The notes beneath the pieces were generated by a model. The model made no database searches. It worked only from the letters and a program-made list of their open reading frames with translations, and was not told where the DNA came from. Both the position numbers and the translations under genes were made by a program. DNA of 64,000 nt, from contig CAWFAD010000006.1 in NCBI GenBank assembly GCA_963813815.1, forward strand, positions 1 to 64,000, in the 5' to 3' direction. Of the stretch, positions 1 to 13,352 are shown in pieces. Every line of letters starts with the position of its first letter. Positions within the stretch are counted from its first letter, which is position 1. The stretch comes from an uncultured bacterium (GTDB taxonomy: Bacteria; Krumholzibacteriota; Krumholzibacteriia; Krumholzibacteriales; Krumholzibacteriaceae).

Positions 1-1533
<1,533 letters not shown>

Positions 1534-1540
1534 GTTCACC

Positions 1541-1563
1541 AGGGTAGAACCACGGCACCGACA
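1541..1563 (-). promoter_or_regulatory. Leaderless uvrB promoter with PafBC/RecA-NDp-like motif
   Basis: Minus strand TTGTCGG-N11-TACCCT, 7 nt before the ATG; consensus spacing is N10, so it is 1 nt off in an indel-rich region. Confidence 0.55.
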
Positions 1564-1609
1564 ACTTCTGTTCCACCGGACACCGCTGCCGCTCCGAGGC
1601 CCTATCCTG

Positions 1610-2127
1610 GTCGGCATCCACCCTCCCAAACACGAGACCTTCGACCTCGCCGCCCGCACCAACACCGATCCCAAGGGCATCGTGCGGGCGGTGGACGTCT
1701 ACACCGTCCAGCCGTGGGGGCTCTACATGGCCCGGCCGACGCCCGGCCGCGCCCAGTTCCACTACCTCGAATCGTGGCTGCTGCCGTCGCTGGGCCTGCG
1801 CGCCACGGTCTTCCACTTCAACCCGGGCCACGAGCGCGACCAGGACTTCTACCTCGACGTCGGCGAGTACACGCCGGGCCCGGACCGCTGGCACACCGAG
1901 GACCACTACCTCGACCTGGTGGTGCGCACCGGCGAGCGGAGTCCGAGCTGATCGACGTCGACGAACTGCTCGACGCCGTCAGCGACGGGCCTGCTCAGTC
2001 CCGAGACGCGGCGAGCGGGCGATCCAGACCGCAGTCGCCACCATCGACGGGCTGGCCAGGCACGACTACGACCTGCAACCGCTGGCTGGCGGGCAACGGC
2101 ATGACCCTGACCTGGCGTGGGGCGTAG
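1610..2127 (+). CDS. DUF402-family protein (Rv1632c-like), frameshifted near 1940; start uncertain
   Basis: HPPKHETFDL...VRAVDVYTVQPWGLYMARP...FHYLESWLLP...DHYLDLVVRTG; position beside uvrB/coaE. Confidence 0.85.
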
Positions 2128-2138
2128 AATCCAGCCTT

Positions 2139-2700
2139 GTGAGTGTCGAGCAGACGGACGCGCGCGGCCTGTGCGGCCGTCGGTGCCGCAGCGATGGTGC
2201 TCGGCGAGCGGCGCAGCTGGTTCCCGGCGACCGCGACGGGCCGACCCGGAACCGCAGCCCGAGCTCGAGACCGGCGGCGCCGGAGCAGGAGCTACTGCAC
2301 AACGTCACCTACCGCGCGCGGGTCGACGGGGTGTCGCGCGGCGCGACTGATCACGCTACCAAGCTCAACGACGACCCAGGTCCAGAGCGCCGACCCGACG
2401 ATGCTGCCCGGGCCGGATCTTCGAGGCCAACACGGTGCTGTCCGACGTCCCAGCTGGCCGGCATGCAGGTGTCGATCCAGTGGCCGTACTCGGCCAACCT
2501 GCACTGCGAGATCCTCGTCGACGACGCGATCGTCGCCCAGGCCGACCAGTTCATCGCACCCGCGGCTCACGCCCGCAGACGACGACCCCGACTACGGCAA
2601 GCTGCATCTGCGGAGCACCGCTGATCAACGGTGTGGCCGGCTCCGGGACACCGTCCGGCAACACCGCTCCGGTGCGCCGCGCCGGACCGGCCGCGCCGGC
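2139..2700 (+). CDS. Exported MmpS-like/proline-rich mycobacterial protein, frameshifted; end approximate
   Basis: Hydrophobic N-terminus, [36 protein letters not shown] just upstream of the GTG. Confidence 0.55.
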
Positions 2701-2724
2701 CCCGTCGAGCCGCCGCTGCCGGCC

Positions 2725-3953
2725 TCAGGGCCGCCAGCCCGTCGCGTCGGCCCACTCCCACGCCCGCCGGTAGGCGTCGAGGAACCACGGCTCCTTGGCG
2801 TCGGCGTAGGCGCCGGTGTCGCCGATGCCCCTGCGGCCTCGGCTGCGCGCTTGACCGCCAGGTAGTCGGCCTGCACACCAGGGTTGGCGATCAGCCAGTC
2901 GGCGAACAGCAGCGCGAACTGCTGATTGGGCCAGCCGTCGACCCGCAGGTGCACGTTGGTCGGCCGGCCCGGATCGGCTGAGGCGTGAAATCGCTTGTGC
3001 CACAACGATCGGATCGTCGGTGTGGTCGAACGCGGCGACGGTGCTGCGCGCCGTCGGGCTTGGCGACGTCGCGCGGTGATCGCCGCGACCCGCGGATAGC
3101 CGGCGGCCAGCAGCGCGTCGGCGAGTTCGTCGGCGGTGTCCAGCGAGTCGACCGTGACCTGGATGTCGATGACGTCCTTGGCGTCCAGCCCGGGAACCGC
3201 GGTCGAACCGATGTGGTCGATCCGGATGGCCCGGTGCCCGCACGCGGTGTTCAGCCGGGCCACGATGCGCCGCGCCTGGTCGGGCCAGGACGGGTCGGAC
3301 GGCACCAGCCGCGGCGTCGGCGCGGCGCCGGCTGCCGGGTCTGCAGGTTGTGCGCGAACGGCAGGATGCGCTCGTGCCACAGCGTCGCGGGCCTGCTCCG
3401 CCAGTTCGCCCGCGCTGCCGGAGTTGTCCAGCCAGACGTCGGCGACCGCGCGGCGCTGCTCCTCGGTGGCCTGCGCCGCGATCCGCGCCCGGGCGTCGTC
3501 CTCGCTGAAGCCGCGGTACTCGATGAGCCGCGCTGACCCGCAGTTCGTCGTCGGCGTGGACGATCACGACCAGCGGGAACATCGGCGCCATCTGCGACTC
3601 GACCAGCAGCGGGATGTCCTCGACGATCACGGCGTCGCTCGGCGGCGGCGGCGATCAACTCCGAGCGCCGGTGCGCCACCAGCGGATGCACGATGCCGTT
3701 GAGCGTCGCGCGCTTCTCGTCGTCGCTGAAGGCGATCGCGGCCAGCGCCGGCCGGTTCGAGCGCACCGTCGGGCAGCAGGATGTCCGTCGCCGAACGCCT
3801 CGACCAGCTGCGGCCAGCCCCTCGGTGCCGGGTTCGACGACCTCGCGGGCGATCACGTCACCGTCGACGACGATGCCGCCGCAGCTCGCTGAACGTGGCC
3901 GACACCGTCGACTTTCCGGCGCCGATACCGCCGGTCAATCCGATACGCAGCAT
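2725..3953 (-). CDS. coaE: Dephospho-CoA kinase with C-terminal GrpB/UPF0157 domain, frameshifted
   Basis: [16 protein letters not shown] start, [49 protein letters not shown]. Confidence 0.95.
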
Positions 3954-3987
3954 CGCACCAGTCTGTCAGGAGCGCCAGACAACGCAG

Positions 3988-4018
3988 ACGCCCCGGCTCG
4001 ACGTGAGCCGCGGGCGTT
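3988..4018 (-). terminator. Stem-loop after rpsA
   Basis: acgccccggctc-gacgt-gagccgcgggcgt inverted repeat about 20 nt downstream of the rpsA stop. Confidence 0.6.
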
Positions 4019-4037
4019 CACTCGGCGAATTGGTCTG

Positions 4038-5489
4038 TTAGGCGTTGCCGGCGAGCTTCTCCCGCAGCGCGGCCAGCTGCGCGTCGCTGGCGAGCGAACC
4101 ACCGGCCGACTCGCTCGCTCGACGCGCGACGAGCCGTTCGCCGACGACGAGGCCGGCGCGGCTTCCTCGGCCTCGGCGGCGGCGAACTTCTCCATCTGCG
4201 CGGTGTGCATCTTGTGGCGACGCTCGGCCTCGGCGTAGCGGGCCTCCCACTCGTCGCGCTGCTTGTCGAAGCCTTCGAGCCATTCGTTGGTCTCGGCGTC
4301 GAAGCCCTCGGGGAAGATGTAGTTGCCCTGCTCGTCGTAGCTGTCGGCCATGCCGTACTTCGACGGGTCGAACTCCTCGGTGTAGTCCTCGTTGGCCTGC
4401 TTGAGGCTCAGCGAGATCCGGCGACGCTCGAGGTCGATGTCGATGACCTTGACCATCGCGTCGTCGCCGACGGCGACGACCTGATCCGGCACCTCGACGT
4501 GGCGCTCGGCCAGCTCGGAGATGTGCACCAGGCCCTCGATGCCCTCTTCGACGCGGACGAACGCACCGAACGGAACCAGCTTGGTGACCTTGCCCGGCAC
4601 GATCTGGCCGATCGCGTGGGTGCGGGCGAAGTGACGCCACGGATCTTCCTGAGTCGCCTTGAGCGACAGCGAAACCCGCTCGCGGTCCATGTCGACGTCG
4701 AGCACCTCGACGGTGACCTCGTCGCCCACCTGGACGACCTCGGACGGGTGGTCGATGTGCTTCCAGGACAGCTCGGAGACGTGCACCAGGCCGTCGACGC
4801 CGCCGAGATCGACGAACGCGCCGAAGTTGACGATCGAGGACACGACACCCTTGCGGACGGCGCCCTTCTGCAGCTGGTTGAGGAACTCGCTGCGCACCTC
4901 GGACTGGGTCTGCTCCAGCCAGGCGCGGCGGCGACAGCACCACGTTGTTGCGGTTCTTGTCGAGCTCGATGATCTTGGCCTCGATCTCCTTGCCGATGTA
5001 CGGCTGCAGATCGCGGACGCGACGCATCTCGACCAGCGACGCGGGCAGGAAGCCGCGCAGGCCGATGTCGAGGATCAGGCCGCCCTTGACGACCTCGATG
5101 ACGGTGCCCTTGACGGCCTCGTCCTTCTCCTTGAGCTCCTCGATGGTGCCCCAGGCGCGCTCGTACTGAGCGCGCTTCTTGGACAGGATCAGGCGGCCTT
5201 CTTTGTCCTCCTTGGTGAGGACGAGGGCTTCGACCTCGTCGCCGACGGACACAACCTCATTGGGGTCGACGTCGTGCTTGATGGAGAGTTCGCGGGAAGG
5301 GATGACACCTTCGGTCTTGTAGCCGATGTCGAGCAGGACTTCGTCGCGGTCAACCTTGACGATGGTCCCTTCGACGATGTCGCCATCGTTGAAGTACTTG
5401 ATGGTCTTGTCGATGGCGGCGAGAAAATCCTCGGCCGAGCCGATGTCGTTGACGGCTACTTGCGGCGAGGTGACGGAGGGACTTGGCAT
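4038..5489 (-). CDS. rpsA: 30S ribosomal protein S1, frameshifted near 4935 and near the 3' end
   Basis: MPSPSVTSPQVAVNDIGSAEDFLAAID, four S1 repeats, C-terminal GGSLASDAQLAALREKLAGNA (actinobacterial type). Confidence 0.98.
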   Translation of the reverse strand: MPSPSVTSPQVAVNDIGSAEDFLAAIDKTIKYFNDGDIVEGTIVKVDRDEVLLDIGYKTEGVIPSRELSIKHDVDPNEVVSVGDEVEALVLTKEDKEGRLILSKKRAQYERAWGTIEELKEKDEAVKGTVIEVVKGGLILDIGLRGFLPASLVEMRRVRDLQPYIGKEIEAKIIELDKNRNNVVLSPPRLAGADPVRGAQRVPQPAAEGRRPQGCRVLDRQLRRVRRSRRRRRPGARLRAVLEAHRPPVRGRPGGRRGHRRGARRRHGPRAGFAVAQGDSGRSVASLRPHPRDRPDRAGQGHQAGSVRCVRPRRRGHRGPGAHLRAGRAPRRGAGSGRRRRRRRDGQGHRHRPRASPDLAEPQAGQRGLHRGVRPVEVRHGRQLRRAGQLHLPRGLRRRDQRMARRLRQAARRVGGPLRRGRASPQDAHRADGEVRRRRGRGSRAGLVVGERLVARRASESAGGSLASDAQLAALREKLAGNA

Positions 5490-5652
5490 GTGGTTGGGTT
5501 GCTCCGGACAGGTTGAATCGTAGGGACGGATTTTGGTGTTCGTGGATGGCCGTTCGTACCCGCCAATGGTGCGCACACGGGTACCGTCGAGGCTACTCGA
5601 CTGGGCACACGCTGGACAAACTCGGGTCCCGCCGCACCGCTACCCTGCTGTG

Positions 5653-6836
5653 GTGTCATATGCCGGCGCACCGCGACCGCCCCATCAACTGCGAGCGCCG
5701 TTCGTGCGCCGGCGTCCGCAAGGTCGGAGCGCCGCTGGGCGTGATCATCGCCCTCGGCACCGTCGCGGGCCTGATCGTCATCCTGCTGACCGCGGTCAAC
5801 CCCGTCGGCGACGTCCATCGGGTTCGTGCTCTCCAGCATCGCGATGACCGTGGTGCGTGCTGGCGTACCTGTGGCTGGACCGGTGGGAGCCCGAGCCGCC
5901 GCGGCTGCTGGTGTTCGCGTTCCTGTGGGGCACGTCGGTCGCGGTCGTCATGCTCTCGGTGTCTGCGAGATCTTCACTCGAGGCGTGGCTCAATCCCGGC
6001 GACCGACCCCGCCGAGGCCGCGGGGATCAGCCCGTTCACCCTCGCCATCGGCGCACCGGTGATCGAGGAGGCGGCCAAGGGCCTGTTCCTGCTGCTCATG
6101 ATGACCGGGCGGCGGCGCAACGAGCTCAACTCGCTGACCGACTGCCTGGTCTACGCCGGGCCTGTCGGCGGCGGGTTTCGCCTGGTTGGAGGACATCCTC
6201 TACATCGCCAACGGTGAAACGCTGGCCGACTCGCTGTTCACCGCGGCGCTGCGGCTGATCATGGCGCCGTTCGCCCATTCGCTGTTCACCACGTTCTTCG
6301 CGCATCGGGGTGTGGTTCGCCCTGCAGCAACGCAAGTGGCATCGCGAAGGTCGGCTGCATCCTGCTCGGCTACGCGGGCGCGGTGATCATGCACGCGCTG
6401 TGGAACGGCTCGTCGCTGTTGGGCGTCGAGGCGTACTTCGGCGTCTACGTGTTCTGGATGGTGCCGGTGTTCGGGCTGGCGATCACGCTCGCCGTCACGA
6501 GCCGCCGCCGGGAGCAGCGCGTCGTGACCGACAAGCTGCCCGGGCATGGTCGCCGCGGGCGTGGTGACACCCAACGAGGCGACCTGGCTGGGGTCGATCC
6601 GCACCCGCAAGCTGGCGATCGCCGAGGCGACGCGCTTCGGCGGCAAACCGGCCGGCAAGGCGGTGAAGACGTTCGCCCACCAGGTCGTCGAGCTGGCGTT
6701 CGTGCGGGATCGCATCGACCGCGGCTTCGGCGATCAGCGGGTGTCCGCGCTGCTGCACGAGGAGACCTACGGGGTGTACGCGGCCCGCAGTGCATCGCCG
6801 GCCCTGGCACAGATGGCGGGCTTCCGCACTCCCTAG
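5653..6836 (+). CDS. PrsW-family intramembrane metalloprotease, frameshifted
   Basis: YLWLDRWEPEP, APVIEEAAKG, EDILY, FAHSLFT, HALWNG; TACCCT 6 nt before the GTG. Confidence 0.9.
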
Positions 6837-6884
6837 CCGAGCCCAGGCGCAGAACACCAGCGCCCTGAGCGCATTCAGGACGAA

Positions 6885-7691
6885 TCAGTCCTTGAAATAG
6901 ACCAGTTGGTGGGTGGTCGCCAGCAGCTCCCCGCCCCGGCTCCAGATCTGAGCCGACTGGTCGAAGAAGCCGCGCGAGAAGCGGTTGGCCTGCGCCCGGC
7001 CCAGAACGAAGTCCGTGCCGACGGCCGACAGGTCATGGGCGTCGGCATGGAAGTACGTGGTCAGCGAGATGGTCCCGGCCGGCGAAGGGGCGCCCCGGCG
7101 CAGGAACACCCGCGGATAGAAGATGTCGCTCATCGCGGTGAGTGCCGCGAAATCGAGGTCGCGGCCGCGTCCGTCGCGCACCCAGAGCGTGGTCGCCGAC
7201 GACGGAGCCGACGGCGCGCCGTCTCCGGGGATCGCGCCCTCGACGAATCGCATCTCGTAATTGCCGGCCCACACGATCGGATCGGGAAGCCCTGTCGGCT
7301 CGACGTCGTCCGGCGGCGGCACCGTCAGCGGTGCGAGTTCGGTGTCCGACCAGGTGTCGCGCCGGATGCCGAACACCGCGGTGGCGTTCGTCTTGATGGT
7401 GCCGTCCTGCCACAGCTCGACCAGCCAGTGCTGGTTGGTCCGGTTGGTTCGGGCGATCGTCAGCGCAATGTCGAATTCGCCGTCGGCCACGGGCGCTGCG
7501 AAGTTGACCGTGAGCGCGACCGGCTCGCCGATGCGCTCGGGATGGTTCTCGACGGCCCGCAACAGCAGCGCCGCGGTCAAACCCCCGAACGGCCCGACCA
7601 TGTTGGCCCACGCCGCTGCGGTCTGCCCACGCACCCGGTCGGGCGTGTCGCCGTCGAGCCGGAGTGCGTCGTCGAACGGGTGATTGGCCAC
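6885..7691 (-). CDS. Acyl-CoA thioesterase (TesB-like double hotdog)
   Basis: Intact 268-aa ORF; WANMVGPFGG, SDIFYPR, AGTISLTTYFH. Confidence 0.88.
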   Translation of the reverse strand: MANHPFDDALRLDGDTPDRVRGQTAAAWANMVGPFGGLTAALLLRAVENHPERIGEPVALTVNFAAPVADGEFDIALTIARTNRTNQHWLVELWQDGTIKTNATAVFGIRRDTWSDTELAPLTVPPPDDVEPTGLPDPIVWAGNYEMRFVEGAIPGDGAPSAPSSATTLWVRDGRGRDLDFAALTAMSDIFYPRVFLRRGAPSPAGTISLTTYFHADAHDLSAVGTDFVLGRAQANRFSRGFFDQSAQIWSRGGELLATTHQLVYFKD

Positions 7692-7713
7692 GTAGCGTCC
7701 TTCCTTCGGATAT

Positions 7714-7729
7714 TATGGTTTGTACCATA
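7714..7729. promoter_or_regulatory. Putative TetR operator
   Basis: Perfect inverted repeat TATGGT-N4-ACCATA between the divergent thioesterase and tetR genes. Confidence 0.6.
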
Positions 7730-7809
7730 TTCAGCTCAGCCGCCGACATCGCGGCGGGGTAACACCGAAGAAGTTGGCAGACAACCTCTTTGACGGGAAT
7801 GGAGGATCG

Positions 7810-8391
7810 ATGGCGCGAGATACCCGCCGGACCATGGTCCTCACCGCTGTCCAGGTGCTGCGCGAACGTGGCGCGGACGGCCTCACCGTCGAAGAGGTTC
7901 TCGTACGCAGCGGGGCTCCGAAAGGCTCGGTGTACCACCACTTCCCCGGTGGCCGGGCGGAACTGATCGACGAAGCTCTCACCTACGCGGGCAACACGAT
8001 CGCGGCGCTGCTCAACCGCGCCACGACCGATGGTCCGGAATCAGTCCTCCAGGAATTCGTCGACATCTGGCGCTATGTGCTGACCGACAGCGACTACACA
8101 GCGGGATGTCCGGTGGTTTCCGTGGCCATCAGCGGCACCGAGACCGCGGAGTCGGCGCGCAAAGCGCGGGAGTTCTTCGCGCAGTGGGCCGCCGCGTTGA
8201 CCACTGCGTTCCTGGCCGAAGGAATGCCCGAAGCCACTGCGCAGCAACTGGCAACGCTCTCGATCGCCGCGATCGAGGGAGCGGTCATCCTATGCCGGGC
8301 ACAACGCAGCATCGGGCCGCTCGAGGACTCCTTGGCCCAGTTGCGCACCCTGATCAATTGCCACCGGTTCGCCCAAACGATTATGGCTTGA
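7810..8391 (+). CDS. TetR/AcrR (LmrA/YxaF-like) regulator
   Basis: HTH ...[31 protein letters not shown] before the ATG. Confidence 0.92.
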   Translation: MARDTRRTMVLTAVQVLRERGADGLTVEEVLVRSGAPKGSVYHHFPGGRAELIDEALTYAGNTIAALLNRATTDGPESVLQEFVDIWRYVLTDSDYTAGCPVVSVAISGTETAESARKAREFFAQWAAALTTAFLAEGMPEATAQQLATLSIAAIEGAVILCRAQRSIGPLEDSLAQLRTLINCHRFAQTIMA

Positions 8392-8404
8392 GCAATAACC
8401 GTGT

Positions 8405-11125
8405 TCAGTGCGCGGCGGCGTCCCAGCTGCGGCCGTAGCCCGACCGAGACCTCCAGCGGCACGTCCAGCGGATAGGCGCCGCCCATCTTGTCGCGCACCA
8501 GCGCCTCGAGCTGCGTCGCGCTCGCCGTCGGCGACCTCGAACAGCAGTTCGTCGTGCACCTGCAGCAGCATCCGCGACTGCAGCCCGGCGTCCGTGATCG
8601 CCTTGTCGACGTTGATCATCGCGACCTTGATGATGTCGGCGGCGCTGCCCTGGATCGGCGCGTTGAGCGCCGCCCGCTCGGCGGCCTCGCGGACGTTGCG
8701 GTTGCTGCTGTCCAGTTCCGGCAGGTAGCGCCGCCGGCCCGAGCACCGTCGAGGTGTAGCCGTCCTTGCGGGCCTGGTCGACGACGTACGTGCAGGTAGT
8801 CGCGCACCCCGCCGAACCGGGCGAAGTACTGCTCCATCTGGACCTTGGCCTCTTCGGTGGAGATCTTGAGCTGCGCGGCCAGACCGTAGGCGCTCAGCCC
8901 GTAGGCCAGGCCGTAGGACATCGCCTTGACCCGGCGCCGCAGTTCGGCGGTGACCTCGTCGATCGGCACGCCGAACGCCCGCGACGCGACGAAGGAGTGC
9001 AGGTCCTCACCGGTGTTGAACGCCTCGATCAGGCCCTCGTCCTGGGACAGGTGCGCCATGATCCGCATCTCGATCTGGCTGTAGTCGGCGGTCATCAGCT
9101 CGGCGTAGCCCGTCGCCGACGACGAACGCGTCGCGGATCTGCCGGCCGGCCTCGGTGCGGATCGGGATGTTCTGCAGGTTCGGCTCGGTCGACGACAGCC
9201 GGCCGGTCGCGGCGATGGTCTGGTTGAACGTGGTGTGGATCCGGCCGTCGGCGGCGACCGCGTTCAGCAGCCCGTCGACGGTGACCTTGAGCCGGGTGGC
9301 GTCGCGGTGCGCCAGCAGATGCTGCAGGAACGGGTGCCCGGTCTTGTCGAACAGCGCCTGCAGCGCGTCGGCGTCGGTGGTGTAGCCGGTCTTGGTGCGC
9401 TTGGTCTTCGGCATCTCGAGCTCGTCGAACAGCACCACCTGCAGCTGCTTGGGCGAGCCGAGGTTGATCTGCTTGCCGATCACCGCGTAGGCCGCCTCGG
9501 CGGCGTCGCGGATCTGGTCGGCGAACTCGCTCTGCAGCTCGCCGAGCAGTGTCGAGGTCGACGGCGATGCCCGTCGGTCTCCAGCTCGGCCAGCACGCGC
9601 TGCACCGGCAGCTCCATCTCGCCCAGCAGCGCCGAGGAGTCGATCCGGGCCAACTCCTCGTCGAGCGCGTCGGCGAGGTCGATGACCGCGCTGGCCCGCA
9701 GGATCAGCGTCTGCACCGCCTGGTCGTCGACGCCCTCGTCGTCGTCGAGCAGCGAAAGCTGTTGCTGCTCAGGGTTGTCCGCGCGCAGTTCGCGCCGCAG
9801 GTAGCGCAGCGACAGGTCGTCGAGGGCGAAGCTGCGCTGGCCCGGGCCGCACCAGGTAGGCCGCCAGCGCGGTGTCGGAGGTGACCCCGGCCAGCGTCCA
9901 GCCGCGGCCCGCGAGGTCGTGCATCGCCGAGCTTCGCCTCGTGCAGCGCCTTCGGCTGGCCGGGTCGGCCAGCCACGACGCCAGCGCCGCCTCGTCCTCG
10001 GGGTCAGCGTCGCGGTGTCGATGTAGCGCCCTCACCGTCGGCGGCGACGATCGCCAGCGCGGTGGCGTCGCCGTCGAACGCCAGGTGGGTGCCGACGACG
10101 GCGAGCCCGAACCGCGCCGCCGTGGCTGTGCTCGGCCAGCCAGGCCGCCAGCGTCGCCGGGCTCGAGCGCCCCGCCGCGGACGTCGAAGCCCTCGTCGAC
10201 CTCGGGATCGGCGGAGGCCAGCGTGTCGAACAGCCGGTCGCGCAGCACCCGGAACTCGAGGTCGTCGAACAGCCGGTGGATCTGGTCGCGGTCCCACGGC
10301 TGCATCCGCAGCGTGTCCGGGGTCTGCGGCCAGCGGCACGTCCTTGACCAGCTCGGTGAGCTCACGGTTGAGGACGACGCTGGACAGGTTGGCGCGCAGC
10401 GCGTCGCCGACCTTGCCCTTGACCTCGTCGACGTTGTCGACGAGCGCCTGCAGCGAGCCGTATTCGACGATCCACTTGGTCGCGGTCTTCTCCCCCACGC
10501 CCGGGATGCCGGGCAGGTTGTCGCTCGGGTCGCCGCGCAGCGCCGCGAAGTCCGGGTACTGCGTCGGGCGTCAGCCCGTACTTCTCCACGACCGCCTCCG
10601 GGGTGAACCGGGTCAGCTCGCTGACGCCCTTGCGCGGGTACAGCACGGTGACGTCGTCGCTGACCAGCTGCAGCGCGTCGCGGTCGCCGGTGACGACCAG
10701 CACCCGGTAGCCCTCGTTCTCGGCCTGGGTGGCCAGCGTGGCGATGATGTCGTCGGCCTCGAAGCCCGGCTCGGCGAGCACCGTGATGCCCAGCGCGCCG
10801 AGCACCTCCTTGGTGATGTCGATCTGACCGCGGAACTCGTCGGGTGTCGCCGACCGGCCCGCCTTGTACTCCGGGTACTTCTCCGAGCCGGAACGTCTGC
10901 CGCGACACGTCGAACGCGGCGGCGATGTGGCGTGGGCTGCTCGTCGCGCAGCAGGTTGATCAGCATCGCGGTGAATCCGTAGACCGCGTTGGTGGTCAGC
11001 CCGCCCTGGGTCTTGAAGTTCTCGGCGGGCAGCGCGTAGAACGCCCGGAAGGCCAGCGAATTGCCGTCCAGCAGCATCAGTGTCGGCTTGGTGTCGGTGT
11101 CCGATGCGGTCTTGGCTGGGCTCAC
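8405..11125 (-). CDS. polA: DNA polymerase I, multiple frameshifts
   Basis: [59 protein letters not shown]. Confidence 0.98.
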
Positions 11126-11132
11126 GGCCTTC

Positions 11133-11154
11133 ACTCTAGGCACCGGCGCCGACA
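11133..11154 (-). promoter_or_regulatory. PafBC/RecA-NDp-type leaderless polA promoter
   Basis: Minus strand TGTCGG-N10-TAGAGT, 7 nt before the GTG; exact match to TGTCGG-N10-TANNNT. Confidence 0.75.
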
Positions 11155-11192
11155 CGCGAACCGTCGCTCCCGGGTACCGACCGATGTCGTCT

Positions 11193-12089
11193 TCATCCGC
11201 GGCCTGCAGCACTCGCGGGCCTGATCTCCCGGCGCGCACGCGCACAGAACAGGCGGGCGGCCGGGCTCGTCGCGTCCGCGCGCCATGCCCACACCAGCCG
11301 TCCCCGCAACTCGGGAGTGATGCGCAGCGGGTGCAGATCGTCATGGCGCGCCATCGATCGGGGCAGGATCGCGGCCCCGAGGCCGTGCCGGGCGAGGTCG
11401 ACCAATTCCAGAGGGCTGGTCGCCTCGAACGCGATCCGCGGCTGCAATCCGGCTGCCGCGCAGGCACTGTCCAGACGTGACCGCAGTCCCGTCCCCACCG
11501 GCAACGAGATCAGCGGATGCTCGCAGAGGGCCTCGAGCGTGAGTGTTCGGCGCCGTGCCAGTCCGGTGCGTAGCGAGCCACGGCCGCATCGATCACCTCG
11601 TCGGTGATGACCTCCACATCGAGGCCGGGTGGGTGCTCGTCGAGGCCGATGGACACGATGACGGCGTCGAGGCGTGCCGTCTGCCAACTTCTCCAGCAGC
11701 ACGTCGGAATTGTCTGTGCGCAGAGTGATCTCGACGTTCGGATGGTCGGCATGGAAAGCGGCCATCAGGGCGGCGATGTCGACGGGGTGCAGCGTCACGG
11801 TGCCGATCGCCACGGATCCGCGCACCAGGTCGGCCACTTCGTCCACCGCGGCCTGACCGGCGCGCACCGCCGCCAGTGCCGCTCTGGCGTGCGGCAGCAG
11901 CGCCATTCCGGCCTGCGTGATCCGCACCTCCCGACTCGACCGCTCGAACAGGGGCTGCCCGACCTGCCGCTCGAGTCGACGGATCTGCGCGCTGACCGCG
12001 GGCTGGGCCACCCGTTCCCGGCGCGCCGCGCTGGTGAAACTGCGTTCCTCGGCGACGGCGACGAAATACTCGAGCTGACGTAGCTCCAT
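11193..12089 (-). CDS. LysR-family regulator (internal frameshifts)
   Basis: MELRQLEYFVAVAEERSFTSAA...QPAVSAQIRRLE. Confidence 0.93.
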   Translation of the reverse strand: MELRQLEYFVAVAEERSFTSAARRERVAQPAVSAQIRRLERQVGQPLFERSSREVRITQAGMALLPHARAALAAVRAGQAAVDEVADLVRGSVAIGTVTLHPVDIAALMAAFHADHPNVEITLRTDNSDVLLEKLADGTPRRRHRVHRPRRAPTRPRCGGHHRRGDRCGRGSLRTGLARRRTLTLEALCEHPLISLPVGTGLRSRLDSACAAAGLQPRIAFEATSPLELVDLARHGLGAAILPRSMARHDDLHPLRITPELRGRLVWAWRADATSPAARLFCARARREIRPASAAGRG

Positions 12090-12102
12090 AACTATCAATT
12101 AT
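12088..12102. promoter_or_regulatory. LysR T-N11-A box
   Basis: ATAA-N7-TTAT palindrome overlapping the lysR start, in the divergent promoter region. Confidence 0.6.
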
Positions 12103-12172
12103 AGATAGCAGCACAGACTTGTATTGGACTTATGAGCAGGCGGGCTAGTCATCGTGGAGTCATGACCGGCAC

Positions 12173-12847
12173 ATGACCACCTACGTCCTTGTTCCTGGAA
12201 TGTGCCACGGCGCATGGTGTTTCGACGACCTGTCCGCATCGTTGCGGGCAGCGGGCCACCACGTTCTAGCGATCACGCTCACCGGGGTCGCCGAGCGGTC
12301 GCACGTGATGCCCGGCGCGGTGAACCTCGAGACTCACATCACCGACGTCCTCGCCGCGATCGAGAGCGACGCGGCCGCAGGCGATGAGCTGGTCCTCGTC
12401 GGCCACAGCTACGGCGGCATGGTGATCACCGGAGTCGCCGACCGCATCCCCGATCGGGTGGACTCGCTGGTGTTCCTCGACGCGGTGGTCCCCCACGACG
12501 GTGAAGCGTGCTGGGACCTCGTCAACGACGAGGAACGCCAGTGGTATGTCAAGGTCGACGACACCGGATTCGGGGTGCCGCCGATGCCGTTCTTCGACGA
12601 CCGCGCCACGGCGCATCCGCTCGCCACCGTCATGCAGCCGCTGCGACTGCAGGGCGACCTGAACCGGTTTCGCCGGAGGGTCTTCGTCTACGCGCAGGAC
12701 TGGCCGGGCGAGTCTCCGTTGCAGGCGTCCTACGACCGGGTGCGGTCCGACCCGAACTGGATCTCCCACGAACTCGACGGCAGGCACAACCTGATGCGGG
12801 ACAAGCCCGACGATCTGCTGCGCATCCTGCTCGACGCGGCGCGCTGA
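12173..12847 (+). CDS. Alpha/beta hydrolase (esterase, salicylate-esterase-like)
   Basis: VLVPGMCHGAWCF, nucleophile elbow GHSYGG, C-terminal His (GRHNLM). Confidence 0.9.
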   Translation: MTTYVLVPGMCHGAWCFDDLSASLRAAGHHVLAITLTGVAERSHVMPGAVNLETHITDVLAAIESDAAAGDELVLVGHSYGGMVITGVADRIPDRVDSLVFLDAVVPHDGEACWDLVNDEERQWYVKVDDTGFGVPPMPFFDDRATAHPLATVMQPLRLQGDLNRFRRRVFVYAQDWPGESPLQASYDRVRSDPNWISHELDGRHNLMRDKPDDLLRILLDAAR

Positions 12848-12848
12848 C

Positions 12849-13337
12849 TCAGACCGGGCGCGCTCCCGGCTCACCCCGCATGTCGCTGTCGCTGGCCCCC
12901 GAGCTGGCCGGTGCGGATCCAGTCGATCGCCATGTCGTGAGGGTTCTGCGGGTCGACGAAGACCGCGATCTTCGCACCCGGCTGTATCCGCGCGGTGTGC
13001 ATCTGCGCGACGACGTCGTCGAAGACGGCACCGTAGGGCGCCGCACCGTCGGCGCGTTCGACTCGTCCCTGGATGCGCAGCACAGGCGACATGTTCATGT
13101 ACGACCCGACCGTGCCAGACGCCGTCGACGGTGACGGTGGCGGGGAAGCCTGCGCCGTTCGTCAGCTGCGAATGCCGCATCATCTTCATGCCGATCTCGC
13201 GAGGCGTCGGCCGCCTCGTGGATCCGGTTGGGGATGTCACCGATCTGTCCGAGGAACGACGACGGCCGGCCCTGTGACTCCAGGTACTGCTTGTTGGCGC
13301 CGTACATCCGCGCCCAGTCGCTGAACGGGTTGGGCAT
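12849..13337 (-). CDS. Hypothetical protein (beta-rich C-terminus), frameshifted
   Basis: ORF pieces join as MPNPFSDWAR...GFPATVTVD...MNMSPVLRIQ...QPGAKIAVFVDPQNP. Confidence 0.55.
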
Positions 13338-13352
13338 GACGATCAGCTCCGC

